Source: Candidatus Hodarchaeota archaeon (GTDB lineage Archaea; Asgardarchaeota; Heimdallarchaeia; Hodarchaeales; Hodarchaeaceae). From it: DNA of 53,952 nucleotides. Below, one piece after another: positions 1 through 8,927 of the stretch (positions are counted from its first letter, which is position 1; every line of letters begins with the position of its first letter). A program made the position numbers and the translations under genes. The notes under the pieces were generated by a model. The model searched no databases, had not been told where the DNA came from, and saw only the letters and a list, made by a program, of their open reading frames with translations. The stretch lies in the NCBI GenBank assembly GCA_016839815.1, contig JAEOTM010000183.1, positions 1 to 53,952 on the forward strand, written 5' to 3'.

Positions 1-1738
1 AGTAGTCTGCACATATATCCAATACATCAACCTCTTCTACGTATCCTTTCAATGGTTTTGCTTGGTCTATAATCAATGAGAAAGCTTTAGTTACACGGTC
101 GACATCGAAAATTACGACAGAAGGAGAGGAGGGCAATTCTGAAACAAGAAAATGACCCTGGTTTGAGAGTTGAGAAAGAATCTCATTAATCCTTTCATCA
201 GACAAATCTAGTTGAATTTCGTCTTCTACTTGTAGTTGCTTTACATCTTCTTGTACTTGTTCCAATGTTAAGAATATTCGCTCTTCACAGGATATGATAT
301 ACTCCTTGAGTTTAGAATAGACTTTTGGAATCTGTACTCCCTGATAATCGTTCATTGACCGTTTAATGATCTGTTCTACCTTGTTAATATTCTTTCCTTC
401 TGTATTTGACACCTTAATAGGCTCTGAAGTTTTGTAGGTAGTCATATAATCTTGTAATTTTGCCCAGTCATCTGAAGCGGTTAAACCGAGGACATTTTCA
501 CCTACTTCATCATAATGAGTAAGTATAGGTAATATCTGAGCCTTAGGTGCTTTTTCTCGAATGCTTTGTAACCAATAGAGTGCATGGTTTTTTTCAATGG
601 AGTCTCGAAGATTTAGAACTAGAATATAGAAGGCATCTTCGGTTAGGAATAATTTATGAGTGTCACGATAGGCATACTGCCCTGCAAAGTCCCACCAGTT
701 CACGCCTGTTATTAAATTTCCCTCTTGTTTTTCCCAGATTGTATAACGATCAATTCCAGCCGTACTCTGGAGAATTTCTGGGACTCTACCTGAGGATAAT
801 GCATGAAATAAAGCTGTTTTTCCCACTTGAGGTTCCCCGACAACAAAGACTTTTCGTTGTTTGACAATTAACTCGGGTTGATCATGTGAAACAGTGGGAA
901 TAGTTTCGGTTTCATTGAATAAAACTGGTAATAATTTGATTATTGTCTGAGAAAAGATATGTTCGGGTTGATCAACGGAAAAGATGATTCTCGAGGACTC
1001 CTGTCCACGTAACGTTTTAAGAGCTTGTTCAAACTCATAGTTTAACAATGTTTGATCCTGAGGGATCCAACCCAGAAAATCTACTACTTTATCCCCGATA
1101 TCTTTGGTGAATATCTTCTTAATAAAATCCTGGCTCTCTACCGTTTTTTCCTCATTCTTCACAAAGTCTTCAGGAATAAAGTTTGCTAGTACCATAGTTC
1201 TACTTTTCATTTCCTCATGTAGAGCTGATATCATTTGAGATGTACCAAGAATATCCGCATTACTCAATTTGATAATGAAAAGACTTGAATCAGTAGCAAC
1301 CATGACGTTTATGGTACTAAAAACAGCCCCAGGGGAACAATCTACAATGAGATAGTCTACTTCATAGGGAGCCTGCATGAGTTCTCTTTTTAGTTTAACA
1401 TACTTTCGAAGCATAGCGATGGAGGTATCTTTATCCATCTGTAATACTTTCTGAATGGAAGTGTGAGAGGGATCTGCAAACCCAATATATAATTTACCAG
1501 AAAGATTTAGCTGACTGGAGAATTCTTGCAAACATTCTGAAAGCTCACCATCAGCCAGGAGATAATTATTTATCCAAGTAACATTGGGTTTGAAGAAGGT
1601 GTAAATAGAAGGCCCATGAAAGTCATTATCTATTAAACAGACCCGCTTTCCTTTCGAAGCTAGAAAAACAGCGATATTCACAGCAATACTTGTTTTTCCA
1701 ACTCCTCCTTTGTGACTCAAAATTGCTAGTGATTTCAT
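1..1738 (-). CDS. MinD/ParA-family ATPase fused to Roc GTPase and COR domain (3' end runs off the window)
   Basis: Not in the ORF track. Manual translation from ATG at 1738 is open to base 1 (at least 579 codons). It has the deviant Walker A SHKGGVGKTS, LIDND and IVDCSPG. From about codon 296 come KVFVVGEPQVGKT, STAGID, WDFAGQYAYRDTHKLFL, THYD and VSNTEG, followed by COR-like IPKVYSKL...EILSQLSNQGHFL...VVIFDVDRV. Confidence 0.88.
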   Translation of the reverse strand, partial: MKSLAILSHKGGVGKTSIAVNIAVFLASKGKRVCLIDNDFHGPSIYTFFKPNVTWINNYLLADGELSECLQEFSSQLNLSGKLYIGFADPSHTSIQKVLQMDKDTSIAMLRKYVKLKRELMQAPYEVDYLIVDCSPGAVFSTINVMVATDSSLFIIKLSNADILGTSQMISALHEEMKSRTMVLANFIPEDFVKNEEKTVESQDFIKKIFTKDIGDKVVDFLGWIPQDQTLLNYEFEQALKTLRGQESSRIIFSVDQPEHIFSQTIIKLLPVLFNETETIPTVSHDQPELIVKQRKVFVVGEPQVGKTALFHALSSGRVPEILQSTAGIDRYTIWEKQEGNLITGVNWWDFAGQYAYRDTHKLFLTEDAFYILVLNLRDSIEKNHALYWLQSIREKAPKAQILPILTHYDEVGENVLGLTASDDWAKLQDYMTTYKTSEPIKVSNTEGKNINKVEQIIKRSMNDYQGVQIPKVYSKLKEYIISCEERIFLTLEQVQEDVKQLQVEDEIQLDLSDERINEILSQLSNQGHFLVSELPSSPSVVIFDVDRVTKAFSLIIDQAKPLKGYVEEVDVLDICADY

Positions 1739-1864
1739 TTCGCGAATCCCCTATCAGTCATATTTGTGGATCGGAAGTAAATATGCTTAAAAAAATTGGG
1801 TTTCTTCAAGAAAATCGAAAACTCTCTGAAAAAACCCTTTCGTAAACTATTTCCACTCACGTTT

Positions 1865-2524
1865 TTAGGAGATGGAAGTTTTACCTTTTTTTTTTGAGAT
1901 TACTTGTGTTGAAGTAATTCCCGAGATTGCTATTAATCCAATCAGCAAGGGTATAGGATGAGCAAAATTGATCTTTACGATTTGATCATTCCATTGCAAT
2001 AACCAGCTGTGATCGTCTTCTGGAATAGGATTTTTCAAAATTTCTATTGTACTACCATCATCTAAGTAAGTAATGACCCATGCATGACGATCATTCATTA
2101 TAACATAGCTATTGTATCCACGGTGAATTAGTAAGGAGCAGGCGACAATCGCTCTTCCATCGCAATCATCTACTCTGCTTTCAAAAACTTGGGTTACTGT
2201 AGGAAAATGTTCAAATGCTTGATAATCTGGATTTTCAAGATCAGTGCAGTAATCGATGCATTCTTTGATTTCATACTCAATATAGGATAATTCACCTTTT
2301 ATTGCCTCTTCTCCTGGATGATATTTGCTGAGTTCGGTCCAACCTTCTTCAATACATTCGTTTAATTCCTCTATCTCTGCATGATCAGGTTCTATGGTTG
2401 AAGGTAGGTCTAATTTGTGAGATAGTTGAGTAGGCCATTCAGAAGGTTTGATGCATCCCCCAGTGATAATTATTAGAATTCCAATTCCGATAACTGTTCC
2501 AATTATTATTTTTCTACTTTTCAA
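1865..2524 (-). CDS. Membrane-anchored transglutaminase-like (Cys-His) protein
   Basis: N-terminal basic plus hydrophobic segment, DDCDGRA and RHAWV motifs of the transglutaminase-like fold, and a C-terminal hydrophobic helix with a Lys-rich tail. Confidence 0.65.
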   Translation of the reverse strand: MKSRKIIIGTVIGIGILIIITGGCIKPSEWPTQLSHKLDLPSTIEPDHAEIEELNECIEEGWTELSKYHPGEEAIKGELSYIEYEIKECIDYCTDLENPDYQAFEHFPTVTQVFESRVDDCDGRAIVACSLLIHRGYNSYVIMNDRHAWVITYLDDGSTIEILKNPIPEDDHSWLLQWNDQIVKINFAHPIPLLIGLIAISGITSTQVISKKKGKTSIS

Positions 2525-2671
2525 TCAGTTTCCTCATCCCCCACTTGATTAACTAAATTAGTAAATTATATACTTAAAAGGTTTTCTATTGCTTAAAAAA
2601 GTATATAATTTTTCGATTTTATACATCGTTAACTTTTTAAGTATTCAATTCAATGGTTAATCTGAAGACGA

Positions 2672-3301
2672 ATGAAGACGTGTCAGATTGCTACAGTTGG
2701 TCGGAATCCAGAATGGATTCAATTAGGATTATTTCGGTATCCCACTACATTATTGGTGCTTATTACCACCGAGGATTATATGGATCAGGCAAAAGAAATA
2801 ACAAAGCTGGTTAAGGGTATAGAAGTCCGAATAGAAGTGATTGAAAAGCCTAGAAATTCATACTACATTGTAGAATTCTTAAAGAATTTAATTAATCAGC
2901 TTCATGCAGAAGAATATGAACTTTTGATGAATGTTACATCGGGACTTGTTAGTTGGCAATTGTTATTCTATAGCACGGCTACCATTTTACAAGAAAAAAT
3001 CAAAACATTTTATATTATAGACAAAGAGCGAAAAGAACCCCAAGAAATGGTCCTGTATCAAAAACTCCCCGAACCTGAAGAGAAAGTGTTACTTATTATT
3101 CCAGAAGAGGGAGATTCTCTAAAGTCTATAACCCAAAAATACAAAGAATTGCAAAAAGAGGGCAAGGGTAGCAGTGGTCTTCTCTCACGTTATCTTAAAC
3201 GATTAACTAGTGAGGGATTCGTAACCACTCGGGGTAGTTCGAAATCTAAAACCTTTTTACTTACTGAAAAGGGAAAATTAGTCAAGAAAGCATTAAGCTA
3301 G
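2672..3301 (+). CDS. CARF-like (Csa3/DUF6293-type) Rossmann domain plus winged-HTH transcriptional regulator
   Basis: N-terminal IATVG strand and MNVTSG motif (CARF-type D/N-x-T/S-G-G). C-terminal LLSRYLKRLTSEGFV...FLLTEKG is a wHTH. Confidence 0.7.
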   Translation: MKTCQIATVGRNPEWIQLGLFRYPTTLLVLITTEDYMDQAKEITKLVKGIEVRIEVIEKPRNSYYIVEFLKNLINQLHAEEYELLMNVTSGLVSWQLLFYSTATILQEKIKTFYIIDKERKEPQEMVLYQKLPEPEEKVLLIIPEEGDSLKSITQKYKELQKEGKGSSGLLSRYLKRLTSEGFVTTRGSSKSKTFLLTEKGKLVKKALS

Positions 3302-3413
3302 CAGAAAATTTCTCTCTTCTTTCCAAATATTGTATTTGCGCACACTAGTACAATGATCTAACACGATTAAGTTATATTTATCTCCCCAAGCATTAATCTA
3401 ACAAATCAACGTC

Positions 3414-4073
3414 TTGGAGATTTTTACTTTGGTTTTCAAATTGTTGGGAATAAACGGATCCCCCAAAAAACCTGCTGCAAAAACTAATTCTAAATTCTTG
3501 CTGGATGTCACTTTACAAAGTGCTAAGAAACATGGTGCTGAAACAACATCAGTTAATTTAACTGATTACAATATTGACCAATGTAATGGATGTGAAGTAT
3601 GTACCACCAAACCTTGCCCTCTTGATAAGAACGACGATTACATGAAGGTTGAGAAGCTTATTGAAGAGCATGATGGATTATTAATTGCCTCACCTTCGTA
3701 CTGGGCGGGACCCCCAGGTATTTTAAAGAATTTTTTCGATCGATCTCGCGACAATAAAATGCCCAAGCAGTTATGGGAAGGAAAACTCTTTTCTGCTATT
3801 GCTGTATCAGGTTTACGAGTCGGTGGGCAAGAAACCGTTATTTCTCAATTGACAACGTTCGGTTTAGCTCATGGTATGCTGATTGTTGGGGGTACTGGTC
3901 ACCCCTGGCATACTTCTCCCTTTCCTATGGGAACGATGATGTATGAAGAAACCGAAGAGGAAGAAGTGAAGGTTAAGTTTCGGCATGTAAAAAAAGACAT
4001 TATTGCTATCCGTGATGCGGAAGCTTTAGGTCGACGTATGGTCAAAGTTGGAAAACAGCTCTTTCGTAAGTAA
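3414..4073 (+). CDS. Iron-sulfur flavoprotein / NADPH-dependent FMN reductase (flavodoxin family)
   Basis: GINGSP, CNGCEVC...CP, ASPSYW and LKNFFDR motifs. The true start may be TTG at 3429. Confidence 0.88.
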   Translation: MEIFTLVFKLLGINGSPKKPAAKTNSKFLLDVTLQSAKKHGAETTSVNLTDYNIDQCNGCEVCTTKPCPLDKNDDYMKVEKLIEEHDGLLIASPSYWAGPPGILKNFFDRSRDNKMPKQLWEGKLFSAIAVSGLRVGGQETVISQLTTFGLAHGMLIVGGTGHPWHTSPFPMGTMMYEETEEEEVKVKFRHVKKDIIAIRDAEALGRRMVKVGKQLFRK

Positions 4074-4423
4074 TCTTCTCAAGAGGTATTGATTCTTATA
4101 ACCCAAGTTCAGAGTCAAAAACTGAAGGATATCATCAAAAAGAACTTGCGCTCATTATAAATTAATATAGAATCTTTATATGGAGCGTTTCTCATCTATA
4201 AATTCTAGAAAGTCCATCCATTTACGCCGATTACTTTTCCAATGCTCCTGTAACACTAAGCGGACGTATTTGTTACTTAATGTAATGTAGTATACCTTAC
4301 CACTCATGGAGGTTAACTTCCAGTATTGGCCTCATAATAGTCCTTATAATCTCCCAAATATTCCTCTTCAAACTAGATCCCCTCCTTCACTTTAATATTC
4401 GAAATTTCTGGATTGATGTTGTT

Positions 4424-5179
4424 TTGACATTCAAACGAGCCCTTGTCCGTGAACCAAGTAATTCCTTCCCTAGTTGTATCTCTTCCCATCCCTTGCATCA
4501 TTCTGTTAGTGTTAAGCAAGCTAAGCTTCAGCACCAGAAGTACTGTGAGGTACTTACCGAATTAGGATTAGAAGTATTCAAACTCCCACCAGATGATAGA
4601 TTTCCTGATAGTTGTTTTGTTGAAGATACAGCTATAATTCATAAGGATAGGGTACTCATTTCAAGGTTAGGAGCAAGAAGTAGACGAGGAGAAGAGCATG
4701 AAATTCGAGAATATCTTGATAAATATTTGAAAGTCAAAGAAGCTGCTGCCCCTGCTACTATTGAAGGAGGAGATGTCATCCATCTTCCCCAGTATCTGAT
4801 TTCTGGTATTTCACAGCGAACCAACAAAGAAGGAGTAATGCAACTCGCCGATTGGCTCCAATTAGAGGTGAAACCTATTCTTGACAAGAGTATTATTCAT
4901 CTCAAAAGTCATGTTACGTTTCTAGAGAGAAATACTGTTATTGTAAATGACTCCATCTCCAATCATCCAGTATTTAGATCATTTGCTAAAATTGTTGTAC
5001 CTACAGATGAAGAATATGCTGCTAATACACTTACAATTAATGGAGTAGTATTAATACCGGATGGATATCCTAAAACAGCACAAAAGCTCATGAATGCAGG
5101 ATTTGAGATTATTCAATTAGAGATGTCTGAATTTCAAAAGTGTGAAGGAGCTCTCACCTGTTTATCTCTACTCCTCTAA
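4424..5179 (+). CDS. Dimethylargininase (DDAH) / amidinotransferase family
   Basis: FPDSCFVEDTA, SRRGE, IEGGDV, HLKS and EGALTCLS, with the Asp-His-Cys catalytic residues present. Confidence 0.9.
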   Translation: MTFKRALVREPSNSFPSCISSHPLHHSVSVKQAKLQHQKYCEVLTELGLEVFKLPPDDRFPDSCFVEDTAIIHKDRVLISRLGARSRRGEEHEIREYLDKYLKVKEAAAPATIEGGDVIHLPQYLISGISQRTNKEGVMQLADWLQLEVKPILDKSIIHLKSHVTFLERNTVIVNDSISNHPVFRSFAKIVVPTDEEYAANTLTINGVVLIPDGYPKTAQKLMNAGFEIIQLEMSEFQKCEGALTCLSLLL

Positions 5180-5194
5180 TCTTCAGAAATTCAC

Positions 5195-6637
5195 TTATTC
5201 AAAACGTTTCCAGTCAAAAGTTTTTTGGATGTTAGTACTCCAGCGAAAAAGTACATCTGGACCAATGTAATAACTAGCTTTTGCACCAGGTATTTCATTT
5301 TCAAGAGAGGCAAATCTGTACAATAATGTATGTGTCCAAGAGAATGGAATAGTAACTATTCCTGATATTAATCCCTTTTGATCGTTATAAAAGATGTTCG
5401 TAAAAGGAAAGAACTTAAAATGCTGGAGTAACCGATAAACATATTCTTTCGGAATCATTGAGATGTAAAAATACACCATTGAACCAAGGCCAATATTAGA
5501 AAATGTTGGAAATCGGTGGATGATTTTATTACGGAGTAAATGCTTCCAATCCGAATTTATATTCTTTCTTGATCGGTTTAGTTGTTTTGCTAAGGACTTG
5601 TCATTCATTGTAGAATATTGATTAATGAGGCCTAACAATTTAGCTTCATCAGATGTTATCTGAAAATAGTCGTATTCAGGATCTAAATTGTACTCGAATC
5701 CTATATTTCCAACAATTAACTCTCGTAACCAACTTCCACCAGGTTGAAGTAATGGAGGTTTTAACTTCCATCTTTCTTCAGGCTTAGAAGTCAATCCTCC
5801 AAGGTTCCAATTTCGATACTGTTTTGTCGCAATAGTAAATGCCCCAGAAGATATTTCAAATGATTCTTCAAAACGTGATATAATTTCTGAATCCGTGTAT
5901 GGATATTGAACTATAGCAACATATTTTTGTAAGGGGGGTGCAGGGAAATTATAGAGGACGTATTCTTTTACAGTATCAGAGATATCTCTCATTTTTTTTT
6001 CATGTAGGAAAATAGTTGTTTGATATCCAATCTTCGCCATATCCACGGCATAAAACATACTGAGAATGTAACATTCGCCAAGAAAATCTAATCTACTTGT
6101 AACCGTTCTGACATCTTGACGTGTACCATATGCAAGTTCTCGTAATTTAGGGAATTTATCGAGGGATTTTGAGAAATGTGGATTCGCCAGCTTTTGAAGG
6201 ATTTTAATATCCGTTTTACGTAATGAATAGTTATAATCTCTCGAAAGGTGTAAAATAGTTTTTCTAAATTGTTCTAAACTGGGATTGTTTTGTAATTGTT
6301 CATAAATCTCCCCTTCCTCTATATTTGCTTCTTCTAATATTAGTTTCCAAGGTATAAGAACATTTAAACCGTCCATATGGAATAAAATGGAATGAAATTT
6401 AGTCGAATATGATTCTACGAAATGCATGTATTCTAGGGACTTCCATTTCTTGTAAAAGGGAAGAGTCATTTCCTGATACACTTTTTCTGCTAGTTTGCTC
6501 CAATTACGCCAGATTCTATAATTAGTGGTTTCCGAATTCATTAATTCGCGTATATTATCCCAGATTCCGAGAAAATCATCTATGAATTCCTTTTCTTGCT
6601 GTAAATTAATCATTTCAGCAGGATCTTTTAGAAACAT
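5195..6637 (-). CDS. Tandem winged-HTH / Lrp-AsnC-like transcriptional regulator (480 aa)
   Basis: Two HTH-like segments (TDIKILQKL...LRELAYGTRQDVRTVTSRLDFL and DEAKLLGLI...KSLAKQLNRSRKNINSDWKHL). Each is followed by an Lrp-type linker (VDMAKIGY and PTFSNIGL). Confidence 0.65.
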   Translation of the reverse strand: MFLKDPAEMINLQQEKEFIDDFLGIWDNIRELMNSETTNYRIWRNWSKLAEKVYQEMTLPFYKKWKSLEYMHFVESYSTKFHSILFHMDGLNVLIPWKLILEEANIEEGEIYEQLQNNPSLEQFRKTILHLSRDYNYSLRKTDIKILQKLANPHFSKSLDKFPKLRELAYGTRQDVRTVTSRLDFLGECYILSMFYAVDMAKIGYQTTIFLHEKKMRDISDTVKEYVLYNFPAPPLQKYVAIVQYPYTDSEIISRFEESFEISSGAFTIATKQYRNWNLGGLTSKPEERWKLKPPLLQPGGSWLRELIVGNIGFEYNLDPEYDYFQITSDEAKLLGLINQYSTMNDKSLAKQLNRSRKNINSDWKHLLRNKIIHRFPTFSNIGLGSMVYFYISMIPKEYVYRLLQHFKFFPFTNIFYNDQKGLISGIVTIPFSWTHTLLYRFASLENEIPGAKASYYIGPDVLFRWSTNIQKTFDWKRFE

Positions 6638-6794
6638 ACAGAATACCCATTTTTACATTGATTTATTGAATTTAGACTAAACCAATATTCCATCCTTTTA
6701 TGCATTTTTTCTCCTTCATTAATTTTATCTATTTTGTTATCTAACAATCTACATGAGTCAATAAAATTGAATTAAACATACGGATGAACTAAAA

Positions 6795-6962
6795 ATGAGA
6801 AGAAAATTAAGAAATCGCTTCCAAAAAGTGAAACCAACTCAAAATGGCTTGTATAAACTAATACCTCTAGCTTTCATCGTTTTCGTACTACTAATGACTA
6901 TAGGCATTGGAATTGCAGATCCTACTTTCCCTCCTATACCTCCACCACCTGGTGGCAATTAA
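6795..6962 (+). CDS. Small protein (55 aa): signal peptide/TM helix followed by a Pro-rich tail; putative secreted peptide precursor
   Basis: Manual translation gives MRRKLRNRFQKVKPTQNGLYKLIPLAFIVFVLLMTIGIGIADPTFPPIPPPPGGN*. It is below the track size cutoff and ends 25 nt before the next ATG. Confidence 0.7.
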   Translation: MRRKLRNRFQKVKPTQNGLYKLIPLAFIVFVLLMTIGIGIADPTFPPIPPPPGGN

Positions 6963-6987
6963 AAAACAATACATAGTATTAATCGGA

Positions 6988-7314
6988 ATGTCTAAAATGT
7001 CAGGGACAGTGTTATCTCAAAATCCAGCAATTAATCGTGGATTACTTTCAGCTCTATTACCGTTAACTTTCATACATGATTTTCAGCTTCAGGAATCAGA
7101 AATAATAGTTAAATTTTCCGCTAAATTCGAGGAAATACTACCTCAAATTCAATCATTCCTCGATGCACTTGGTGAAATTGCTGAAACACAATTCTACTTT
7201 GAGATGAAGACGAAAAAGATCGGTGTTCTGAAGGTTTATGATGCAAATCCTCTCCTATTGAATGAACACCTGTTGTTTGAACAGACGATTGATTGTGAAA
7301 TCAGAGAAAAATAA
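6988..7314 (+). CDS. Hypothetical protein (about 108 aa)
   Basis: Track ORF 6907..7314. The start was moved to in-frame ATG 6988 because the TTG extension overlaps the 55-aa ORF. Confidence 0.6.
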   Translation: MSKMSGTVLSQNPAINRGLLSALLPLTFIHDFQLQESEIIVKFSAKFEEILPQIQSFLDALGEIAETQFYFEMKTKKIGVLKVYDANPLLLNEHLLFEQTIDCEIREK

Positions 7315-7413
7315 TCTTATGCTGCTTAATAGCTTAAAATGCTGTGGTTAACTCATGTTTCCCAAAAAACCAGAACGTAACATGGAGTACGTCTTGTATA
7401 CAGAAATAAAATC

Positions 7414-8352
7414 TTGGAAACATCGACGAACCAAAGACAAGTGTCTTTCGAGGGAATTCCCCCAACCTACCAAGAAAACCAGGGGATGATTATGACCCAT
7501 CAGGAATTAACCACTGAAAAAGTATTTACCAACCCGTTTCAATCATATCTCATTACAGATGGTGATGTAATTCTATATTACACACAGTCATTTGCAGAAA
7601 TTAGTGGATTGAATCCATCACAATCATCCCCTCGTCTATCACAGCTCAGTACTCAAGATGTCAGCTTCAATCTCCTTGAGGATTCCCATCTCATCTATAA
7701 TGTCTATTCATGTCATAAAAACTCACCTATGCCTCTCCCTTATCAACAAATGTGGGTTGAAGACCTTATTCATGAATTACGCACTGCTAGCCTCATAATG
7801 GGTCTTGGAACGCGATTATTACAGGAGACATCAAGTTCCTCGCTTCCCTATCTTTTCAAGACCCTTCGCACAGCTTCCCATCGTCAAAAGATGTGTACTT
7901 TGATAGCCTCTGACTTCATTCAACTTCTTAGTGCTCCTCCTCCTTTGGCTCCTTCAACCTTATCTGGTGTGATTTCCAAAAGCTGGGGTTCTTCTCCTGA
8001 TCCTACCCGCGTCAGATTTCATGTTCAAGCAAGTAATGGTTATCATGAACCATATTTCAATCCAAATCCAATAATCTATGGGAGTGAGAATTTTCTGGCT
8101 AACTTTTGTATTACTACACTCACCTGGTTTGAATCGGAACCCGTTACCATTGAATTAGAACAGATGAATGGGATATCAACCCGATTAAGTTTTTGCATTC
8201 CCTTTGATCATTTCCTATCGTCATTACAGAGTTATCGTTTAATTAACCATTATTTTCAGTATATTGCTGCATACTTTAATTTACGCTGCTGGTTAACCCA
8301 GTCAACGTTCAACATTATTTTCCCTCTTTCAATTAAACAAAAAACAGCTTAA
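7414..8352 (+). CDS. Degenerate sensor histidine-kinase-like protein (possible PAS-like region plus HisKA-like H-box)
   Basis: DLIHELRTASLIMGLGTRLL resembles the HisKA H-box. YLITDGDVILYYTQSFAEISG resembles a PAS start. No N/G1/G2 ATP boxes are recognisable, and the start is uncertain. Confidence 0.45.
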   Translation: METSTNQRQVSFEGIPPTYQENQGMIMTHQELTTEKVFTNPFQSYLITDGDVILYYTQSFAEISGLNPSQSSPRLSQLSTQDVSFNLLEDSHLIYNVYSCHKNSPMPLPYQQMWVEDLIHELRTASLIMGLGTRLLQETSSSSLPYLFKTLRTASHRQKMCTLIASDFIQLLSAPPPLAPSTLSGVISKSWGSSPDPTRVRFHVQASNGYHEPYFNPNPIIYGSENFLANFCITTLTWFESEPVTIELEQMNGISTRLSFCIPFDHFLSSLQSYRLINHYFQYIAAYFNLRCWLTQSTFNIIFPLSIKQKTA

Positions 8353-8849
8353 TTCGGAGGAATGCTTTCATCAGGATCTTTATATCCATAATATGCTCCC
8401 ATATCAACTGCAATGTTATTTATTCGTAAATACGTAAACAACTGTCCTGAATGGAACCATTCATGGCCGATTTCTTCGAAAATTTCATGGTACAAAGAAG
8501 TTTTCTTTTCCTGATAGAAGAACTTTACATTTTTCTCTCGGGCATCTTCCAAATGTTCATTTAGATATGCAATTATTTTTTCAAGGCCCTCATCATAAAG
8601 TTTTACTAATCCTTGCGCATTCAATGGAAAATTTTGTTTTTCAAGTTCTCCAAATTCTTCTCCTGACTTGAGTTCTCCCTTGAACAATTCCAAGAGCATC
8701 ATTGGACTCGATGCCAAGTGATTAGCTAATTCAGCGGTACTACGCATTCCCGAACCGGGTTTCCAATCCCATATATCAAGGGGAATCATTTTCAGTAAAT
8801 AGACTATGCCTAAACGACGTTTTTGCAGGACTGCAATTAGTTCCTCCAT
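8349..8849 (-). CDS. DinB/YfiT family protein
   Basis: WKPGSGMRSTAELANHL and HEWFHSGQLFTYLR His pattern. Confidence 0.85.
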   Translation of the reverse strand: MEELIAVLQKRRLGIVYLLKMIPLDIWDWKPGSGMRSTAELANHLASSPMMLLELFKGELKSGEEFGELEKQNFPLNAQGLVKLYDEGLEKIIAYLNEHLEDAREKNVKFFYQEKKTSLYHEIFEEIGHEWFHSGQLFTYLRINNIAVDMGAYYGYKDPDESIPPN

Positions 8850-8927
8850 TCTATAACCTCCGAACTCTTATCGTAACTGAAGTACTTTTAAAGCTGACTC
8901 CCCTAACACCCTTGAGCTTGATCAGGT

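Noticed and set aside
547-864. Track ORF of 105 aa on the plus strand
   Set aside because: Antisense shadow of the Roc domain of the <1..1738 gene.
873-974. 12-bp direct repeat TCGGGTTGATCA (DQPE twice) flanking the ParA-Roc linker
   Set aside because: It could mark a fusion junction, but one short repeat is not distinguishable from chance.
4176-4307. 43-aa minus-strand ORF MSGKVYYITLSNKYVRLVLQEHWKSNRRKWMDFLEFIDEKRSI
   Set aside because: No motif or clear RBS. It may be a real small gene or a remnant, but the sequence alone does not support it.
6907-6987. TTG-started N-terminal extension of the 135-aa track ORF
   Set aside because: It overlaps the more convincing 55-aa ORF; ATG 6988 is the better start.
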